Assembly (NCBI GenBank): GCA_043228905.1
Contig: JBHGNT010000008.1
Span: 17,546,001 to 17,610,000 of the forward strand
DNA length: 64,000 bases
Direction: 5' to 3'
DNA from: Azolla caroliniana
Lineage: Eukaryota; Plantae; Polypodiophyta
Positions 12,522 through 23,960 of the stretch are shown piece after piece (the stretch's first letter is position 1; the number at the start of each line of letters is the position of its first letter). Below the pieces are notes generated by a model, which saw only the letters and a list, made by a program, of their open reading frames with translations, made no database searches and had not been told where the DNA came from. The position numbers and the translations under genes are program-made.

Positions 12522-13942
12522 CAAAAATGTTTGATACTAATCAATGTGTTCCTATTTTAGAAGTTAGTAAAAAAACCCCAGATGGAACCACCATTCTTAA
12601 CACATGAGAACGTGAAAAGGAAACAACCAGAAGATCATGTGCTTTACCAAACTTTGTTTTTCTACAAAGCCATGATGTGTATTTTGAGTTCATGTATGGC
12701 ACATAATCTTTACTTTGATTGCTCTCTTTATAATTCTTGGATATTAGCACTTGAACATCTTTCTTTGGTATGTATGATGTGTCATCTACACATGATGTTA
12801 TTGACAACTCGATTGTTTTTTTCTGTAATGTATGATAACAATACTTATGTTTTAAATGAAAGTTTTAAGCTACTTCGGCTTTAGTAATTCTTGTTTTACA
12901 TGACGTTTTTCATTCTTCATTAATTTATTTTGTATATAGACAAATGCAATGGGTGTTGCTTCAGTTGGGGGGTTTGTGTATAAATGAGAATTGTGTTCTT
13001 GTATTTTGCATATGAAAACGTCAATGTCTTGTGTACTTGATGTTCTCGTTGTTTTTGTGAATGACCTCTAGATTGGACATTTTTGAACTCATGAGCTCGT
13101 TCTAACTAGCCTCAACACATGATCATTGGGAGAACATTGTGGACATCAATTCTCTTATGTGTGATGCAACAATGTTATTTATTAGAGGCATGGATATCAA
13201 CCATGGGTGTAGCATTGGATTCCCCCTCACATGCCACCTATCACTTTGTAACACAAACACAATGCACTAATAGTTCTAGATCTCAAAGAACCACAAAATT
13301 GCAAACAATCTACTTTGTCATTGTAACACCTCAAGTTGATGTAAAAACGAGAAAACAACTTTCGAGATTTGTGGTGCATTATAACCAAATAGCCTTGTCG
13401 TAAGCCAGCGGTATGTGTTATCAGAGTAAGTAATCATCAAGATATGTCTTGTCATTGTAAGGTGGCCTTCTTGTTAGAAGTAGAGTGTGCTCAAACACAC
13501 AAAAAATTAGTTATATTGCCTCAATTGCCTATTGTCTCTAAACATCTAGTTATGATTGTGTGCTATCCAACTTAGATCAACATCAAACACCAAGTAGCAT
13601 CACCTCACATCCTTGAGAAAAATAATAATATATTGTACCATCCATGGTGTTATCCTAAATAAATCTTGATAAAAACGATCGCATTTTGCATGAGCACATC
13701 CTAAATGACATGTTTAATCCATAGCTTTATCCACACTACTTAATTTAATCCATACATTGTATAATATATCTATGAATTTGCTAGATTTATTTTTTAGATT
13801 GGGTAATCGCTCTATTCAATTAACATATCCATAGTTTCAATAAGCATAGGTCTATAAATACCACAATATCACCCTTTAAACACCATTCCCAAGCGTTTAA
13901 ATATGTTGACCATACATATACTTCTTTAACTTTACTTTATGA

Positions 13943-14073
13943 TGGGAAGCTCAAAGAAGAGCCCCCCTCCCAAAAATTAGGGTTAGGGCGTTTGAATTAG
14001 GAGGAGCACACGGTATTCTTTAGTAAAAGGCGAAAGAATAGTTCGCTCTGTGCTCAACCCACGCCATCCCAAT
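13943..14073 (-). ncRNA. U5: U5 spliceosomal snRNA, copy 3
   Basis: Reverse complement carries loop I, Sm site and 3' hairpin; downstream CA-N8-AGTTAAA 3' box. Confidence 0.96.
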
Positions 14074-14099
14074 GAAATCTAGGCAACACATATCTTCAA

Positions 14100-14139
14100 T
14101 TTATAGCTCCTGGAGTCATCTTTCCTTTCTATGTGGGAT
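14100..14139 (-). promoter_or_regulatory. snRNA promoter: USE plus TATA (U5 copy 3)
   Basis: ATCCCACATAG 14139-14129; TATAAA 14105-14100. Confidence 0.85.
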
Positions 14140-14766
14140 GTATATACCATTACTTCAGTTAGTTTCTGCTTGCTTTATTCTTCTTGATCCAATTGTATCA
14201 TATCTCTTTCCATGCAAAATCATGATCCTTTCTAACGTTTTACTATTTAGCAATTGTGTTGGTTTTTATTATGTTGCGTCCCGTCATTTGGCTGTCCAAA
14301 ATTATCTTTGCAAGCTTTCGTATCAATATTCAAATGTAAATATAGATGAATGTGTGTACATCATGTATGTGCAAATCATAGATCAATAACACCAAAAACC
14401 TCACATTCCCGAGGAAAATAATAATATCTTCTATCATCCTTTGTGTTATTCTAAATATATTTTGATAATTCGATCGCAATATATATGCATGATCACATAC
14501 TAAATGACTTGTTAATCCATGGCTTTATCCACATACTACTCAATTAACTAGTTTAATCCATCATACATTATATCATATGCAGAATTTATTTTTGAGATTG
14601 GGATAAATCCCCATTCAATTTACATATACATGATTTCATTTCACTAAACATTGTGCTATACATCCCACAATCTCACTCCTTAAAAATGATTCCTAAGAAG
14701 GGTTTCTTTTAATCCTCAAGTAGCATTTAAACGTTGATGATATACTTCTATAATTTTACTTTATTG

Positions 14767-14897
14767 TGGGACGCTCATAGGAGAGCCTCCCTCCCAAAAA
14801 TTAGGGTTTGGGCGTTTAAGGTAGGAGGAGCACACGGTATTCTTTAGTAAAAGGCGAAAGAATAGTTCGCTCTGTGCTCAACCCACGCCATCCCAAT
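14767..14897 (-). ncRNA. U5: U5 spliceosomal snRNA, copy 4
   Basis: Reverse complement carries loop I, Sm site and 3' hairpin; downstream CA-N6-AGTAAAA matches the plant 3' box CA(N)3-10AGTNNAA. Confidence 0.96.
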
Positions 14898-14924
14898 GAA
14901 GGTAACCAAAATCAAATGTCTTAA

Positions 14925-14964
14925 TTTATAGGTCTTAGAGTCACCTTGCCTTTCTATGTGGGAT
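14925..14964 (-). promoter_or_regulatory. snRNA promoter: USE plus TATA (U5 copy 4)
   Basis: ATCCCACATAG 14964-14954; TATAAA 14930-14925. Confidence 0.85.
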
Positions 14965-16135
14965 GTATACCACACAACTTCAATTACTGCCTTGTTGCTT
15001 TATTCTTCATGATCCGATTGTATTGTCTCTTTCAATGCAAAATCATGATCCTTTCTAAGTTTTACCATTCTACAATTGTGTTGGCTTTTATTATGTTGCT
15101 TTTCGTAATTTGTCTGTACAAAATTATCTTTGCAAGCTCTCGTATCAACATTCAAATGTAAATATAGATGAGTGTGTGTAAATGTATGTGCAAACAATCT
15201 TCAAAATCCATAGTTTGTTGGCTTATCTTCACAATATGTATTTGTCTATGACACTTCATTACTTAAGGAATGAGGTTCATTACAACTTACAAGCAAAATA
15301 TCATTGATCTACTAGATAGGCTTCATCATGAAGGATGAATTTTATGGAACCCAACTAGTAAGCTTAATCTCTTTGTGAAGGCACAAAAAAGAAGTTGTTT
15401 GGAAATAATCCAACGAAAAGACATTTGGGATGTTTGGAAATAAACCAATGAAAAGACATTTGGGATGAACATCCATTGAAAAAGAGAGCAGCCAACCAAG
15501 CTTTCCATAAAAGCAATTGTAACTCTCCAACTTTTTTTCTATGATGAGAAAATTCTAATGTACTAAGAGCATCCATGCATTCCTATATAGTGATCCTTGC
15601 TTTTACATCCTAATCTTGCCCTTATGTGTTTACTTCGCGCTTCGTCCCACACATTCCATGTAAAACTATATAATGGGGCGGGTAACGCAACAATAAGTAT
15701 TTAGCTCCTACAGGCCATTATCTAGGTTATGGACCACTGCCTTCGCAAACAACCACGACCCCATCACGAGGGTGAGAAATGTCTTGCGTCCTTATCCTTG
15801 CAATCAAATGGGATAATGTTGATCCTCTAGAGTGGGCGATCTTTTCGAGGATCAAAATTTGAATTGCTTTAGTGTGCTTCACGATTCAAATTGGTAATAA
15901 TTGCATGTGTATGGAGTTTTTGAGTGAAGAAAACATTGCATCTCTTATGGTAATCCATGTAACTTTTTTGTGTGGATGATGTTAGCCCTTAAGCAAGTTA
16001 GTTTCCAACAAATTGATGGTATTCTTTGGACTCAATTGCTACAACGACTATTGCTAGCAGTCTACGATGTCGATCATACAACTTGGCAACACTAGGCCCA
16101 ATCCCCAAGCTTAGCTTCCAAACACAAGAATTCGA

Positions 16136-16576
16136 TAGGAATCGACAACAATTCAGTTTTGGCTTAATCGAGTTGGCATTGTCCATCCCAAACCGGTTAA
16201 ACCTACCAAATTGGTGGAGTTCAAACCTAAACCAAACCAAACCTTAGATTGATTAAGCCTTTAACCAATTTGGGTTAAACCAGTTACTAAAACTTACCAA
16301 CTGAGCTATATCCATAGGGGTTCTCTCTCTCTCTCTCTCTCAAGATGTTATCTCTTTCTTTCTTTCTCTCTTCTTCTTAAAAAATGTTATATCTTTATTT
16401 CTCTCTATCAGTTGAAATATATATATATATATGGCTTAATTGGTTTGTGCCGGTTAGGCAAGCTAAACTAAATCTAGCTCAAACTTGAAAAGAGTCAAAC
16501 TGAATCGTCAAACCGCCAAACTGTTTAACGATTTAAGGCTTGCTTTGGGCTTGAGCTAAATCGTTGCCGACTCCTA
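16136..16576. mobile_element. Non-autonomous hAT element (MITE)
   Basis: Imperfect TIRs TAGGAATCGACAA / TTGCCGACTCCTA; 8-bp TSD GAATTCGA/GAATTCAA; subterminal AAACC/GGTT motifs. Confidence 0.75.
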
Positions 16577-16814
16577 GAATTCAATACACTTTCCGCTTAT
16601 TTCCTTCCCTTCACACTTATTGTGTCCCAACGGGGCGCTAATCTCAACTTAGGAAAGGGAGGGGAATTTTTTGTTCCCAAAATACCCCTCCATTCGAATA
16701 AAAATAATATTGTCAATACATGTACTAAACGTACCTTACCCCACGGGATTTATAGACATACACATACCAAATTTAGCAATCACATACACATACACATGGA
16801 TCCTATATTTTAGG

Positions 16815-17122
16815 TATTGTTGTAGAATACTTAGAATACAATACACGTAGAATATGTATGCAAAGTATTCTAACTTTTTAAAAAAAATACTTTGAATACG
16901 TGTATATTAGTTTAAATACATAGAATACCTATAAAATACGTTAAATACTTCTTAAAATTCAAAGTTTTTTTAAAATTGTAAATTTTTTAAAACTTTTTTG
17001 AAATGTTAAATACTTGTTAAATACATAGAATACTTGAAATTTTGAGAAATGGCAGTTCTAAAACATAGAATATGTGTAGAACATGTTCTAAATGTAGAGT
17101 ACACGTTTTTTTAACAACTATG
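16815..17122. mobile_element. Non-autonomous hAT element (MITE)
   Basis: Imperfect TIRs TATTGTTGT / AACAACTATG; 8-bp TSD ATTTTAGG/GTTTTAGG; many internal AGAATAC/AAATAC repeats. Confidence 0.65.
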
Positions 17123-19379
17123 GTTTTAGGTAAATATGGCGCCTATGTTTCAGGATTTACCATTAAGCATTCCAACATTGTTATTCTCTACACATAAATT
17201 CATGATGATGTTGGGGTATACAAAGGAAGAAATTCAAACAAATGGCCCTCTTACGAACATTGGAGTAGGACAACCTTCAAAAATGTGTCAACCAGTAGTT
17301 ACAACTTAACATTTCTTCAATGTTACTACCAACATTAATGAAGATGACAAGTCAAGTACAACCACTAGAACCATCATCATCACCAAGAACTCGTATGGAC
17401 CTTGGCATGCCATTCCATGAGACCATGATCCCATGTCCACAAAATTGAGATAGGTGCATTGTTTATTACATTCTTTCTTTACATGAGTTCTTAATTTCTA
17501 ATTGCTCCATGTAATAGGTGTTGATGTAAATGACACCATATTGACGCCAAAAAACGAGGGTGGTGAAAGGTTTGTATTTTGATGTAGAGTTTGGTGTCAT
17601 TTTAGTGGTCCCTAATTTATTGAAGTATCTTGTCTTTGTTGGTTAGGAGAAACTAAAAGCATCTCAAATGTCGTAACTAATCAACAGTTGGCACGACCTC
17701 AAATCGACACGGTGCAAGATCAAAGTACACACCCACATTTTCTAGATGATCATGTGTTGGTTTTGTCGAGGTTGAATGTAATTTTGATGAAAACCTTGGC
17801 GTGATTTGTCTAGAAGGTGGGGTTGCGTTCGAAAAGAGGTAAAATGACCTTGTGGAGTAATACCTCCCTCAAATGGAGACCCTTTGAAAGTAAGTGTAGA
17901 TATTTGCGACTCTCATCACTTGTGCCCCAACGCCCTGTCTCACATCACAATGCATGTGAGCTAAGTCACATGGAAGCAAAAGACCTAACTCTAATATTAT
18001 AAAGTAAAGAAGAAGAAGAAGTAAAAGGTTTATAATTCCACCTTTTTACTTCTGAACATTTAAGATAATTACATATATGTCTTTTCTTTTGTTTCTAGGG
18101 CTATTTCCATATAGTTCAAAGTAAATCAACATATAGTTTTGTTTCAATCATAACATTGTGCAATATAAGCATAATATGCATACCATGATATTATGGTGAT
18201 TTCTTATATTACTGATATAATACACACTATTGAGATACCCAAAATTGCTTGTGAGGTGCTACGACTATCTATCACCTATTTGCAATTTATTTGGAAATTT
18301 TGAGAAGTATTAATACTTATGATTGAGTAAATTCTTGTTGAGTTTTTATATTATTTCGATGAAATGATTAAATGTTTAATCTTCTTTGATTTTCCATACT
18401 TGTTATACACACCTTTAATGTTGCTTGTTTTGGCATATTTGCTACGGGTGAATTCCTAGTTTAATGTTGCTTGGCCAATCTCCTACAACATGCTCACACC
18501 CAAAAATAAAAGTAAACTAAAAAGAAAAATCGAGTTGGGTATGGAATGATGGGCGAGAATAACCAACTTTGTTAAACATTTCAAGATTTTTATTTTATTT
18601 TTGTTTTAACTCGGTTTTTGAAGAGAGAGTTGGATCGATTGAATTCTCAAAACCACCATGAATGCACTGGATCCAACTAAAGATCAATCCCTTGGCATAT
18701 TGATGACAAATTGAAATAAATGATGGTTGATCATTCCCATATAAATGAATCATGAATGCCAAATGTTAAAGAGCAAATGTAAGAGCAAACATGTCACACA
18801 TAAAACGTACATATATGTACATACGTTGGGGTTGATAAACGAACATGAATGCTCGAGAGCCACATAGGTGGATGATAGATAGAGAAACACTTATTATAAG
18901 GAACAAGGGAATTGGGGATGGTAATTTATAATTCAACACTCATGTACCATGAAACGAACGTTCTCACATGGTATTCACCATATGAACCATACGTGCATGC
19001 GCATTCGCGAATGTTTCAATCATTCGCATAAGAAAAACACCCTCAAAGAATGATAAATACCATACTTTTGGATTAACTATTTGTTATGAGGTAAATAAGC
19101 CTAAAAAATGGAAAAAAAACAAAAAAAAACATTAAAAAAATGGGAAAAAAACAAAACAAAAACACAAGAATGTTTGAATAACATTCGCATTTGTTTTCCA
19201 ATGTAGGAAAACGAATGCTATGCTAGACGAACACGAATTTTACGTACTAACTATTCACACACACACACACTTGTAGATGAGAAAGAATTATAGAAAAAGG
19301 AGGGGGGCATTTATAACTCTAGAAACACCACCAAAGAAAAGGTTTTTTTACCTCACCCATATAAAATTCTAGTTCTACA

Positions 19380-19730
19380 CACATGTATATGTATAATGTG
19401 TTACATTATATAGTATATGTGTGTAAAATGTAAAATGTATTACATTTTAATGTATATGTATGTGTATATGTATATGTTTATGTATAATGTATTATAATGT
19501 ATATGTATATGTAGATGTAGTACAATCTATCTTTTATAATGTATAATGTATAGATGTGGATATGTATATGTAGTAAAATCTATGTTTTATAATGTATAAT
19601 GTATAGATGTGGATATGTATATGTATGTATAATCTATCTTTTATAATGTATAATGTATAATGTATAGATGTGGATATGTATATGTATGTATAATGTATCT
19701 GAATCTGTATCTGTATCTGTGTGTATCTGG
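19380..19730. repeat. Compound (TGTATA/TGTATAA)n low-complexity repeat
   Basis: Seen directly, upstream of lipase 1. Confidence 0.85.
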
Positions 19731-20134
19731 TATGTGGGCGAATACATATGTAGATGAGAAACAATGGGTAAAAAGCATTCATGAATTCATGGATTCTTCT
19801 GCTCCATGAAAAAGCTTGGAGTGGAAAAAGGAAAAGGCATGTTGGTGTAACCATGGTGGATGCAGGGTTTGGTGGTGGTGGTAGATACTCAGAGGAACAG
19901 AGATGGTGATGGTGATAGTGATAGTTATGAGCTAGCAGTGATTGTGACAGTGAAATTAATGAGATGGTGATAGTTCTGAGTTACTACCACTGTCTCTTTC
20001 TCTGCTGCTCTTTTCTGATTGCTCGCTCTATAAGTAAGCTCCCCTGTCTCCTGTTCACAAACATCAGAAGACAGAGAGAAACTCAGATTGATCGGTATAT
20101 ATCTTTTAAACGTCTACTAGAGAGAGAGAAAGAG

Positions 20135-23100
20135 ATGGCCCTCCAACTCTCCATCTTCTTTTCTATGCTTTTGTTGACTATAAGTTTTCAACATTGTTAT
20201 GTCTATGGAGCTGGAGATGGAGATGAAGCTTCTTCTTCTTTGCTCTGCTCTTCCATTGCTCGTCCACTGGGTTACCCTTGCATCGATTACACGGTATAAA
20301 CTCTCTCTCTCTCTCTCTCTCTCTCCATGTGAATCACTGACTACCCTCCATGTACTAAATGAAGACCACAATCTACAGAAAACACATTTGAAATGACTTT
20401 GAAAAATGATGTAAAGCTATTTTTGCAATAGAGTGAAAACATGATGGAAATTTCTGAGGCAAGCCAGGAAATCTAAGGCTTCGCTTCATCAATGTTTAGG
20501 AATAAGAGAAGTGAAGTGGAGAATAGGATGTGTTTGCTTCCCTTCTTGAACAAATTACCTTGTCAAGGATGGTATTGTTTATCTATCCTTAATGCAGTGG
20601 GACCAATTGTTATTGCTTGGAAGGATTTCATCTGAACTTGTTATATTAACTTTGCACACTTCTGTTTGTGGATGATTTTGAAACGTAAAGATCAGAAATG
20701 AAAGCTATGTTGATGTTAGCTCAGCTCATTCTCTTTCCATGTGAATCCTTTCAATGTCAGTGATTCATGGTATTGCATCTGTGTGCATGCAGACTGTTAC
20801 AAATGATGGCTTCATTCTTGGAGTTCAAAGAATCCCATATGGTCGAGAAAATAGAGATATGAATATCGTGAGGCCACCAGTGTTTCTGCAACATGGTTTG
20901 TTCATGGTTAGTAAAGTTGTTTCATCTTGTCGGTATGCAGTAGGACCAAAGGATGTCCGTAGGCTTACGTGACAGACACTAATCAATTAAAACTCTTATT
21001 GTCCATGTTTTGATAGGGTGGAGAATCATGGTTTTTGAATGAACCAGATCAATCATTAGGCTTCATACTTGCGGATGCAGGTTTTGATGTGTGGGTTGGT
21101 AATGTTCGTGGGACACAAAGTAGTCAAGGACACGTGTCTTTACCAACGGATTCGAAGGTCTATCTCTTGCTCCCATCACATATTTGAACGACACTTTGCT
21201 TCAAATTATATCGAAATACGAACGCAGACACTCAAATATGCATTCACCAAACCGAATATTCATCGTTTTCTTGGTTGCAGGAAATGTGGGATTGGAGTTT
21301 GGATGAGTTGGCAGCTAATGACTTGCCCTCTATGGTGGAATTAGTTTATAGTGTAACCAAAACTCAAATGTTTTATATCGGCCACTCGCAGGTAAAGTTT
21401 ATTTTCTCATTTGAACGACACAATGAGTATATTAAATGCATAATACACTAGGCATTGATGTGTATACAAAGAATCATGCAGCCTCTTGTCTATGTTGCAT
21501 GGATTACAGCATGCATAACTTTCTTGTTGCTATTTTAATGTACAAGAATAAAGTGTTAACGACGACATAACAAGTTGGTTGCCCATTTTCAGGGAACTTC
21601 AATTGCTTTTGCAGCATTCAGTGAAGGAAGAGTGGTGAATAGGATTGTTGCAGCTGTCTTGTTAAGCCCCATTGCCTATCTTGATAGGGCATCTGCCCCC
21701 ATTGTGCAGCTAGCAAAGGATTTAAAGATAGATAAAGTGAGTAAGCTGGTCTTGAAATGTATTGTCATGAGAACCAAAATTTGGAACCATCAGTAAAAAT
21801 TGTCATACTTTTATCATAGTTGCATTACACCATAGAATGCATTCATCCATATATTAGTTACATCTTTTGCTCTCTCTCATTTTTTATGAATATTACAAAC
21901 GCAGGTTCTTGAACGCCTGGGAATATACGAACTAAATTTAGAACGGTGAGACTTCTTATATTTTGGGTCATGCTTTCTTTTGGTTTTTTAAGTTATATAT
22001 GAAATAAAACCAATCAATGTAGAGAATACTTTATATATAGCTCTGAGTTTGGCAATTTTTACCCTATGCATTTTGGAATTTGAACAATGTTTTATTATGC
22101 ACCCCAAATCTAGTTGTTTAGTGTTCACATGTTTGCCCTTATTTTTTCTAATATACTCTAGTTAATATTTTCTCATTAAACCTATAATTTTCAAGTGCCA
22201 AATTTGGTCTTAGAAGACGTTAATATATCTTTCTTTCTTCCTTTCTAGCCTAAACCAGTAATCTGTTGTATAAAGAAAGGGCTGTTAATCATAACAATAA
22301 ATTTCATGGCATTAGCAAAAGCTTTAGATTTATTGAAATGTTTTATGATTGAGTTTGCACAAAAAGCTTTGAAAGAAAAAGATTATTTGAATGGGAAATA
22401 ACTATGAAGTCTCGGAACAGGAAGCCTGTCATAAAGCTTGTTGATCAGATATGTGCTTCAAAGAAGATGATATGTGCGGACTTGATAAAAACAGCTGGAG
22501 GTTAGTAGCAGGGAATGAATGCATTCATAGTCTAGGAAGAATTGCATAGTATCCAAAGCAACTAAAATTAATTTTGCAATATTTTGTAGGAGTCAGTTGT
22601 TGTTTAAATAATTCTCGGTTACCGTATTATGTAAACTATGCGCCACAACCATCAAGTGCGAAGAATGTCGAGCAATATCTTCAAAGTAAGGGTGCAACTG
22701 TTCTTTTCTTGATATTAGAATGTCCATCTCTTAGAGAAAATCAAGCCTGTGATTCCCAATGTAGGAATGTGAACAGAGGATTTATACATCGAACAAAGTG
22801 GACATATAGCTAATCAATGTTTGATTTCTTGTTTGCAGTGATAAGGAAGGGAACATTTAGCAAATTTGACTATGGCTCTTTAGGTAATGAAGAGAAATAT
22901 GGTACCAGCGTTGCACCTCTATATAATGTTACGAATATTCCAAAAGATTTTTTGATGTTGCTAGCCCATGGGGGAAAAGATACAATATCTGTCCCAATTG
23001 ATGTTCAGAGGTTGCTCACGAAGCTATCTTGTAGAACACAGCTTGTGTATATTGAACCATACTCTCATTTTGATTTTGTTATCGGCACAAAAGCAAAGAT

Positions 23101-23149
23101 CGATTTATACGACAATTTGATAGCTTTTTTCAATTCAGGAAGGTTATAG
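20135..23149 (+). CDS. Secreted triacylglycerol/acid lipase (AB-hydrolase lipase, LIP1/MPL1-like), 9 exons: 20135-20293, 20793-20906, 21017-21157, 21281-21391, 21593-21736, 21905-21945, 22421-22500, 22590-22685, 22839-23149
   Basis: Signal peptide; [19 protein letters not shown]; PPVFLQHGL; [15 protein letters not shown]; GHSQG nucleophile across the exon 4/5 junction; GGKD (Asp) and YSHFDF (His); GT-AG introns keep the frame open. Confidence 0.93.
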
Positions 23150-23550
23150 CATTATTCCTATCATGCTGCACATACGTTTCCTTGAATCTCCTCATACCCC
23201 CAAATTTCAAATACACCAAATACTAACAAAGTGTGGATTTGGAATCATAAGCTCCATAACTGTATGTAGAATATATTTTTATAAGCAATGAAGCAAAAAA
23301 AAATCTATATTTAAATCCTTCATGTGAAGACGACAATTTGATAGCTTTTTTCAATTCAGGAAGGTTATAGCATTATTCCTATCATGCTGCACATACGTTT
23401 CCTTGAATCTCCTCATACCCCCAAATTTCAAATACACCAAATACTAACAAAGTGTGGATTTGGAATCATAAGCTCCATAACTGTATGTAGAATATATTTT
23501 TATAAGCAATGAAGCAAAAAAAAATCTATATTTAAATCCTTCATGTGAAG
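23109..23550 (+). repeat. Perfect ~221-bp tandem duplication of the lipase-1 C-terminus and 3' UTR
   Basis: 23109-23329 = 23330-23550 (ACGACAATTTGATAGC...CATGTGAAG). Confidence 0.92.
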
Positions 23551-23960
23551 ATTCTTTTGTCACACAATTAAAAATGTAACATAATGCACCATTGTCAAAA
23601 CTAAAGATTCAAAAGCAATATGATCAATAAACAGTGTATGAGAATACTAAAGTTAGTTAATCTTTGAGGGATTCACAACATTGTGATGATGGGTTAAATA
23701 ATTTAAAATCATGTACATCAAATTACATAAATAAAAAGCACCAAGCAATAAACCTGGAGATGCCAATCAACCTTGTCAGAGTTCATCCCTTTGATCAAGA
23801 GCATAAAATGAGATTTGATGAAATATACACTAGTAATCCCAATAAGAGATTGTCATTGCTTGATACATCAAGCAAACAATATAAAGGCACTACATCCTTC
23901 TATTTGTACATTTTTCACATGGTAGAAACACACAAGCATAGGTCAGAAGCTCAACAAATT

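Noticed and set aside
18810-19250. MITE-like segment with CGAAC/CATTCG repeats
   Set aside because: Termini and TSD could not be defined
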